Origin: Ginkgo biloba
Lineage: Eukaryota > Plantae > Ginkgophyta
Length of the DNA stretch: 18,739 nucleotides
Reading direction: 5' to 3'
Assembly (NCBI GenBank): GCA_024626585.2
Contig: JANKJI020000002.1
Coordinates: forward strand, 12,731,537-12,750,275
The notes beneath the pieces are model-generated. The model ran no database searches. It was not told the DNA's origin and saw nothing but the letters and a program-made list of their open reading frames with translations. Both the position numbers and the translations under genes were made by a program. This document shows, piece after piece, positions 11,040-18,739 of the stretch; position 1 is the first letter of the stretch; every line of letters starts with the position of its first letter.

Positions 11040-11285
11040 TATGTTCCTAGGAAGAAAATCGGTCCAACTGGATAGAATGTTCAGCAGATGGGTTGAAGGG
11101 GGAAGAATAGGCCTAAGTGTTGGCATTGTGGAAAGCATGGACATCTGAGGAGGAACTGTAGGAAGTTGCAGTAGTAGCAGAGGCAGTCGCAACTGAAGAA
11201 TGAGATAAGTCAGTCTGGGGGAGACGAGAAGGGAAAGATAACATCATATCAGGTGAAGAATGATCCCAATGTTGCTTGGTATATT
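11040..11285 (+). mobile_element. Ty1/copia gag zinc knuckle plus start of protease, degenerate fragment
   Basis: CWHCGKHGHLRRNC (11118-11159) is a perfect CX2CX4HX4C. About 40 codons later in the same frame is ..NVAWYI, cut by the gap where copia W(Y/I)(I/L)DSGA is expected. In-frame stops flank the knuckle. Confidence 0.8.
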
Positions 11286-11469
11286 NNNNNNNNNNNNNNN
11301 NNNNNNNNNNNNNNNNNNNNNNNNNNNNNNNNNNNNNNNNNNNNNNNNNNNNNNNNNNNNNNNNNNNNNNNNNNNNNNNNNNNNNGACCTTTTCTTTCTC
11401 TTTATGGAGAGGGTCTTGTTGATGATATTGGGTTTTACTTTGGTCTTTCTAGATGTTAAAACATTCTTA

Positions 11470-14400
11470 TATCGTAGAAATTACTTTGGCATCTAAAATT
11501 TTCATGATCTCCTACTCCACTTGCATTGCATACTGGGGATTCATTTGATATAATAGTTGCTTCGCTAGTTTCGAATTTGGGATTAACTTGACTTGGTGCT
11601 CACACAATTCTTGATGTACATCTTTCAAGTCATGATACATCCATGCAAATGCTTCCTTGTATTCGTTGAATGTATTCAATGTAGTTGATACCAATGCTTG
11701 ATCCAATGAACTTCCTATGATGATTTTTCCAAGGTGTTCATATGTTCCCAAGTGAGTTTTTGTCATTACAGATCCTTCATATTTATCTCGTCTTCATTTA
11801 GAAATGTATGCGTTGTAATTGTTTTCATGCCCATCTCCTTGTACTACCCTTTTGAAAAGTGAGGTGAAAGTACATTTGTTTCCTCAAGTCTAACTTTAAC
11901 CTAATCCTTTTTGTCGTAAGTATTTGGTGCAGCATCAGTGTGTTTGTCATCATGCTTGGTCTAATGAGTTTCAACCTAGAAGCATCTAGGTGAAAACATT
12001 GTATAATCTACTAATTGCTAATGTAGTAGACCGCTATCCAAAAGAACATCGACTTCCAAGCATTGATTTGCCTTTAGCTCTTCGTCTTCTATCAGCTCAC
12101 AAGGTGCATCATTGGATGGCCCTATTGTCTTCATTGTTGTCGTCTGAACTCTTATTTCGAGACATCACTTCTTCACTTATCGTCTGCATCTATAAAGCAA
12201 TACAAATTCTTTTTCCATTTTGCTTGATCACGAACATATCTTTTCCTTAGTGCTAAATAACTCTTGTTTCTCCTAGCCACATTTGTTCAAGTTATGTAGA
12301 ATAAGATGGTGCCCTAGGGGACATCAGAGTTACTTCAAAATCCACTTTAAAAGTTTAACCAATTGTATAGATTTCTTGGCCCATTATNNNNNNNNNNNNN
12401 NNNNNNNNNNNNNNNNNNNNNNNNNNNNNNNNNNNNNNNNNNNNNNNNNNNNNNNNNNNNNNNNNNNNNNNNNNNNNNNNNNNNNNNNNNNNNNNNNNNN
12501 NNNNNNNNNNNNNNNNNNNNNNNNNNNNNNNNNNNNNNNNNNNNNNNNNNNNNNNNNNNNNNNNNNNNNNNNNNNNNNNNNNNNNNNNNNNNNNNNNNNN
12601 NNNNNNNNNNNNNNNNNNNNNNNNNNNNNNNNNNNNNNNNNNNNNNNNNNNNNNNNNNNNNNNNNNNNNNNNNNNNNNNNNNNNNNNNNNNNNNNNNNNN
12701 NNNNNNNNNNNNNNNNNNNNNNNNNNNNNNNNNNNNNNNNNNNNNNNNNNNNNNNNNNNNNNNNNNNNNNNNNNNNNNNNNNNNNNNNNNNNNNAAGAAC
12801 TCTTCTTACTCATTGGTAGTCATTGTCACATCATCTCCAATGTTTGCCTAAGTCATTGATTTGTGGATAGTCTTTACCCAAGTTACTCCGTTGGCTATCT
12901 TTTGTGCCTATACCTTGTGAAATTGTTGTTGGTCCTCTATAGGTGATAGTTCCTCCATATGTAATCTTCAAATAGTTTGTTGGGCAACCTCTAGCCATTC
13001 TTTTTCCACTACCAATTCTAGTTATTATTGCTTGGCCTTTGCATTACTTTGGGTCTTCACTATAGAGGAGTCTTTGTCTTCAATTTATTTTTGGTGCACA
13101 AGATGACTCATTTTGTCCATGGTCTTTTGGTTGGCCATTTATACAGTTTTTCACCTTTGTGATTTTGTTGTAGACAATCTTTGACAAAATGTCCCCATTC
13201 TTGGCATTTATAACATTGCATAATCAATTGTCTTAATGAGTCACTGATGACTCATCCCTCAAAAATCTTAACCTGGCCTTCGATTTTTATTAGAATGAAA
13301 ATTTTGTAACCATTAGCTTGTTGTCATTCCTTGCATTCGGCTTTGGGGTTGAGGCTTCATTGTTGGCAAGATTGACTTGGGCATTTTGTGTGTGTCATCA
13401 TTCTTTTGCATTATAGTTATATTCATTTGAGTTATGATTTTTAACTTTATAGATGCCAGAATACTTACTTGGTTTGGGACATTTGCCTCTAGATGACATC
13501 CAACTTTGCATTTTGTGCACCAAATTCCTTACTCTCCTTTTGAGAAGACCACTCCATCATTTGCATCATACCTTGTCACAAAGTTACAATTGAAGACAAT
13601 TTGCATCTTCTTTTGTTCTCACAGACTTTCCTTGACATGACTCTAATCTTTTTTCCTTTGTCTCAAGATTCAATGCTCGATTAACAACTTCCATCATAAG
13701 AAGTAGGTGGGGCTATGCTTGTATTTCAACAATAGGCCCTCAATAAACCATTGTTGCTTTAGGCCTTGAATCGCTTGGGACTCCATCTTTTTCATTATTG
13801 CTTTCAGTCATTTGATGATATAGGCAAGTGCTTTCTCATTGCCCCTGTTTTAGATTATAAATCTTGTCTATGAATTCTCAATTGTCTCTCAACAACGTGA
13901 ATTCTTGTTCAAATACCTTTGACATTCGAAGTTGAAGAACTGAAGTTGAGTTATTCATTAACNNNNNNNNNNNNNNNNNNNNNNNNNNNNNNNNNNNNNN
14001 NNNNNNNNNNNNNNNNNNNNNNNNNNNNNNNNNNNNNNNNNNNNNNNNNNNNNNNNNNNNNNNNNNNNNNNNNNNNNNNNNNNNNNNNNNNNNNNNNNNN
14101 NNNNNNNNNNNNNNNNNNNNNNNNNNNNNNNNNNNNNNNNNNNNNNNNNNNNNNNNNNNNNNNNNNNNNNNNNNNNNNNNNNNNNNNNNNNNNNNNNNNN
14201 NNNNNNNNNNNNNNNNNNNNNNNNNNNNNNNNNNNNNNNNNNNNNNNNNNNNNNNNNNNNNNNNNNNNNNNNNNNNNNNNNNNNNNNNNNNNNNNNNNNN
14301 NNNNNNNNNNNNNNNNNNNNNNNNNNNNNNNNNNNNNNNNNNNNNNNNNNNNNNNNNNNNNNNNNNNNNNNNNNNNNNNNNNNNNNNNNNNNNNNNNNNN

Positions 14401-15246
14401 NNCTCGATCTTCAAGACTTAATCTTACAAGCAAGTCTTTGACATTGGTCATCGCCATTGATCCTTCGGACTAACCTTTCCATACAACAATATCTCCTATG
14501 ACATGGTCTTGAGTGTCTCAGCCAGTATATTGCCATTGTCGTCTTTCTAGCTCTAATCATTTAGGAATACAAGTTGACCTTTAAATAGGAATGGAAATTC
14601 CTTTCTTTCCTTGTTGAGGCTTTGCTTATAATCCACCTATAGAATTGCTACCAATATCTTCATTGAGAGAACTTCATTGTCTTTGAAGTGAAGTAAAATT
14701 ATATAATTATGTATAAAAATATTCCATTGTCTTCAAATGACTTCCACATCGCCTTGTCGAATCTAGTTTTGTTGCAATGGGTTGGGTCATGCATTAATTG
14801 GGTGTAATGTTTGACAATTGTTTGCCATGCAATCAAGACATCTCTAGTATTGATTCCTCTAGGCTTTTGTCTAGCCTACTACTTGTGGACTTCCAAGTTC
14901 ATGCATTCCCTTGGCCAACAATATTGAGGTGGTAGTTAGAAATTAGTCAATTTCTTTAGTCTATAAATTGGCTTCAAATTCTAACAAAGCTTGATGGTTA
15001 TTCTTGGCTTCAACAAGAACGTAGCCTTCAACTAGTTTATTCCACCATGGATGAATCTTTGCTTCATTAATTTGTTGTTTGTTACAACTCTAGTGAATAG
15101 AGATTGGAATTCCCATCATGCGTCATCAACCATGACTCTTGAATTCATTGTCATCATCTTCAAATCTTGATCACTACTGTTGTTGTAACAATTTTCCCAT
15201 CTAAACATGCATTAAAAGATATCTTAGATCTGCAAATAATGCACCA
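11470..15246 (-). mobile_element. Degenerate Ty3/gypsy LTR retrotransposon (gag-protease-start of RT), probably non-chromovirus type, 3'-truncated
   Basis: Gag core FEQEFTLLRDN*EFIDKIYNLKQGQ and VVNRALNLE (13960-13660). Knuckles WCTKCKVGCHLEAN (from 13522) and CYKCQEWGHFVKDC (13215-13174). Protease C-terminus TFKVDFEV..SYST*LEQMWL (~12360-12270). Pre-RT EYKEAFAWMYHDLKDVHQELCEHQVKLIPNSKLAKQLLYQMNPQYAMQVE*EIMKILDAKVISTI (~11665-11470). Domain order is gypsy-like. Confidence 0.92.
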
Positions 15247-15438
15247 TAATGAAGATATAGGCAAGGCAATTTGCATACATTAGTTGGATATTAATTTTAG
15301 CCATAAAATTACAACAATACAAAGTGCTCGTACATTACAATTATTTATTTAGGGTAATTTATGGTAGTAGATTGTAAAATGTAGTTTAAGGACAAATTCT
15401 AGAAGGGAAATTGTTGTGGCTTAGGTTGACTTGTAACA
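15233..15438 (-). promoter_or_regulatory. Possible 5' LTR remnant and decayed primer-binding site of the minus-strand gypsy element
   Basis: Minus strand reads TGTTACA at 15438, an internal AATAAA, then ..TTCA ending at 15250, a 3-nt spacer and TGGTGCATTATTT from 15246. No second LTR is present in the window to confirm it. Confidence 0.3.
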
Positions 15439-15579
15439 ATGACTCTAGCTCCNNNNNNNNNNNNNNNNNNNNNNNNNNNNNNNNNNNNNNNNNNNNNNNN
15501 NNNNNNNNNNNNNNNNNNNNNNNNNNNNNNNNNNNNNNNNNNNNNNNNNNNNTTTCACCTCTATGATTGTATAGTCAAA

Positions 15580-15617
<38 letters not shown>
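15580..15617. repeat. Compound microsatellite (CT)9(CA)10
   Basis: Read directly; a degenerate CA/TG tail continues to ~15646. Confidence 0.97.
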
Positions 15618-16896
15618 TGCACGTGTGCATAAGCACACACATGCATAACAATATAAGATAGCATTTAATCACATCAGTGAGACAATTTGTTAAGACCTTC
15701 AATATTCATTAAATGATATGATCAGAGAGATTTGGGCAAATGCCTCTCAACTAGTCAAATTTTTTATTCAACTATTTTCTAACAATGATATGACCCCTTT
15801 ATGTAACCTTTGTTCTAGTGGTTTGGGTAGTTGAGGGGCGCATTCTTAATGCCCAACAACCCACCTCGTTACTCTATTTAATAATCAATACAACGTGCAC
15901 AACCTAATAACATGTTATATTTTACCACTCGTAGTTAGTCACATGACCATTGCTAAATCAACTCTTTACTTATTTACACCTAATAGATCATATTACAACT
16001 CAACTCGATAATACACAAGTGCTCGATTTTGTTCTTGAGGCTAGCTTTGGTATGCACAATTGGCCTCATACAACATCGAAGATAATGCTTTAAAAAGCCT
16101 TTTAACTATATATGTGCATCCACATATGTACATTTATGGTAAAAAAAGACAATATCTCAATGTGCAATCGTGTTCTTTGTGTAATTTTTCAATGAACCAT
16201 CGAGGTGTTTCTTTCATGGGTCTCTTGGCCTTACTAATCTCTATTATAAAGTTTTCTTCCATGTTTTGTGTTTGTTTTTCCACTAGACATTTATGTGCTT
16301 TCTATTCATATACCAATGCTTTTTCATCTCTTGATAGTCTCATCTGTAATACTTACTAATTTTATCTTCTTCCCAAGGCCATCTTCCCTTTTGTAGACAC
16401 CATAGAAACTAGTAGCAAGAGGTTCAACATGGACATGTGTCCAATGCTCTCAAGAGTATGCGAAACCTCACTATTAGTGGCTCTAAAATGATGCATGCAA
16501 GGGAAAAATATAATTCTCATACAAAGGCGCCTTGCTCTAGGGTTCAGATCCCCTAACAAGTCTCCAACTATAATGAATACTGTCCTTGACAAAGTTGCTA
16601 TGGTTTCTGCAATACATGTAGGGCATATTTTAGAAATTTCAAAATGGAAATGTATTAGATATTAGATATTCATAACAACACCATAAACAACCACAAATGC
16701 CATAAAAACATTGTTTGACCAAGGGCACCCTACACCGAAATTCCTTAGTATTTGGGCTTAACTCCACAGATTGTGCATACATAAACCAATAATAAANNNN
16801 NNNNNNNNNNNNNNNNNNNNNNNNNNNNNNNNNNNNNNNNNNNNNNNNNNNNNNNNNNNNNNNNNNNNNNNNNNNNNNNNNNNNNNNNNNNNNNNN

Positions 16897-18739
16897 GAAG
16901 AAATTGGCAGCTAAGTTGCAAGTTTTGATGCTAGAAAAAGAGGATGCAAAAAGAGAAGAAATATCTTAAACTCTGCAAGAGAAAGGCGAAGAAGAAAGCT
17001 CGGTGCTAAACGTTAGTGCTGATGAAGACCCCTTGGCTGAAAGTGAGAAGTTGAAAAATAACGATGAACAAGTCTCATCCAAACTAATAGGTCTAACAAC
17101 TTCAGAAGAATTTATAGAAGTTGTATAATATTTTGCATTAGGAGGTATATTTCATAAACCTTTGACACTAGTTATGCCATACCTAGTGCACCGTAATTCC
17201 TCTTTTACCAATATGGACATGGATTAGGTACTTGAAGGGCCCCATTTTTCGTACATTGTAGTCCAAAATGACGTGGCTTTACTAAACTATGATATGACAG
17301 TACAATCAAGCCCTCAGACCATTTGGCATTGTTCAAGAATATCCTTGACCTAAAGAACATCACAGTTGAACACGAGATTAAATCGAGACATTTTAGCACG
17401 CTAACAGGATCCACTATTGTCGGACATGAATACGTAATTCTTGATTACCCATCTTGGGAGGAAATTCAAAATCGATCCTTGGACCGTTTTCTGAAAGTAC
17501 GAGATCCATTAATAATTGTTCAAACATTGGAGGAGTTGCATTAATACCCTAGGGTGTCAATTAAAGATTACGATGGACAGATGCAAATACTATTAAACAA
17601 GCTTAGGCTAAGAGACCGACCCTCCCCTCCACACTTGCTAAAGATTTTGGTACAAGGGCTCCTTCCCCTTGTATAAAATTCAATTAGACTTCATCCCATG
17701 TAGAACTATGAGCAATTTATGGACTTGGCAATGCGCTTTGAAAATCAGTTGGGGGGTTTTGACCATTACCAGGCAACCTGTTTTACGCAATCTACGACCA
17801 ACCCCAAAATAGAATGGTTACGATAGGAACTCGCAACATTGAAACTTTAGAAGTAACGAAAACCAGGTCCAATAATAGAGAACTTAAGAGCTGAATTTGC
17901 AAAACTTCCTCAAGAAATAACCCCTTGTACAAGGAATGATGTTTGGTGTCCACCTCCATACAACCAACGTGTACACCTAAGGAATCAACACCCTAAGGAA
18001 CTAGCATTGGTACTCAAACAATGGTGTGATATATGTATGATGGATTCTCTCTGCATGAAAATNNNNNNNNNNNNNNNNNNNNNNNNNNNNNNNNNNNNNN
18101 NNNNNNNNNNNNNNNNNNNNNNNNNNNNNNCAATGCACCACTGACAACCCCCCAAGACAATATAAATAGTGGGAGGGAAAAACCAAGGCCATTCCATGTC
18201 ATTTATGCTTGCGGTGGGGACATCCTCGAGCTCAATATCATTTAAGAAGAATGGAAGATTCGTTTGTGAGGAATGTAGTCCAGGGTACCATGAGTAGGAT
18301 AATTGTTCAAGAAACCTACAAAATAAGACTGGAACGTCTAATTTGGTTACCATCATTTTGGATTCTATGGTGTCACTAATCTTTAGACAAGAAGCAGACA
18401 AACATACAAAAGAACTAGTAAGGACAAATATGATCTTTTGGATCTTGCAAAGGAAAAAGTAGGTTTTCAAGAAGTTGTGAATATTATCCAGGATATATTG
18501 AAAGAGAGAGAACCTCCCAAACCAACTCCAACTATGAGAATTATAGAAATCAAGAAAACCATTCTTGCTCAAATAGGACAAATCATCTATTGAAGGAAGA
18601 CTATTGTCCCCAATGTAATAAAAACCATGACCACTTTCGACAAAAGCAAAGCAATTACATCCAATCCCTCGCTAACCAAGGATCAAAATATTGAACTCGT
18701 GTTGGAGCTTTGGGCAGATTTTGAAACTAATATTCCACT
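16897..18739 (+). mobile_element. Second degenerate Ty3/gypsy gag region, continuing beyond the window
   Basis: From 17281: *YDSTIKPSDHLALFKNIL...STLTGS...YPSWEEIQNRSLDRFLKVRDP..LEELH*YPRVSIKDY...LVQGL...DLAMRFE (retrotransposon gag pattern). Then VWCP (17941), WCDIC (18022), CHLCLRWGHPRAQY (18197-18238), CEECSPGYHE*DNC (18265-18306), and SFGQILKL near the end. Many stops. Confidence 0.88.

Noticed and set aside
11040-11520. Copia-gypsy chimeric or nested element
   Set aside because: The two are on opposite strands and separated by a 100-N placeholder gap, so adjacency is unproven.
12283-14473. Long ORF-track entries (152-184 aa)
   Set aside because: They consist mostly of X from N-gaps. 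The real signal is the minus-strand gag/protease relic.
16362-16592. 76-aa minus-strand ORF between the two gypsy elements
   Set aside because: Non-ATG start and no recognisable motif.
17985-18581. 198-aa minus-strand ORF
   Set aside because: It is the antisense shadow of the plus-strand gag knuckle region, spans a gap and has no recognisable motif.

Overview
AT-rich, CpG-poor eukaryotic DNA, almost certainly a land-plant nuclear genome. The assembly is fragmented: 14 N-gaps, eight of them exactly 100 N (placeholder size), so neighbouring blocks may not be truly adjacent. Most recognisable sequence is decayed retroelements. There are two divergently oriented Ty3/gypsy relics whose Gag carries up to four CCHC knuckles (minus ~11.5-15.4 kb, plus ~16.9 kb to the end). 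There is also a Ty1/copia gag-protease fragment (~11.0-11.3 kb), an L1/Tx1-type LINE reverse-transcriptase relic (~9.1-9.7 kb) and probable further LINE pieces (~3.9-5.4 kb). The one clear host-gene sequence is a stop-free, CpG-rich 3' fragment of a Phi-1/EXORDIUM gene (5390-5566) fused abruptly to decayed DNA. A chain of minus-strand exon-like segments (~0.8-6.8 kb) suggests an unidentified spliced gene or pseudogene. Several small tandem and palindromic arrays are present. I found no prokaryotic operon, CRISPR array, RNA gene or intact full-length CDS, and no convincing new biological system. All protein assignments come from hand translation and motif recognition, not from database searches.
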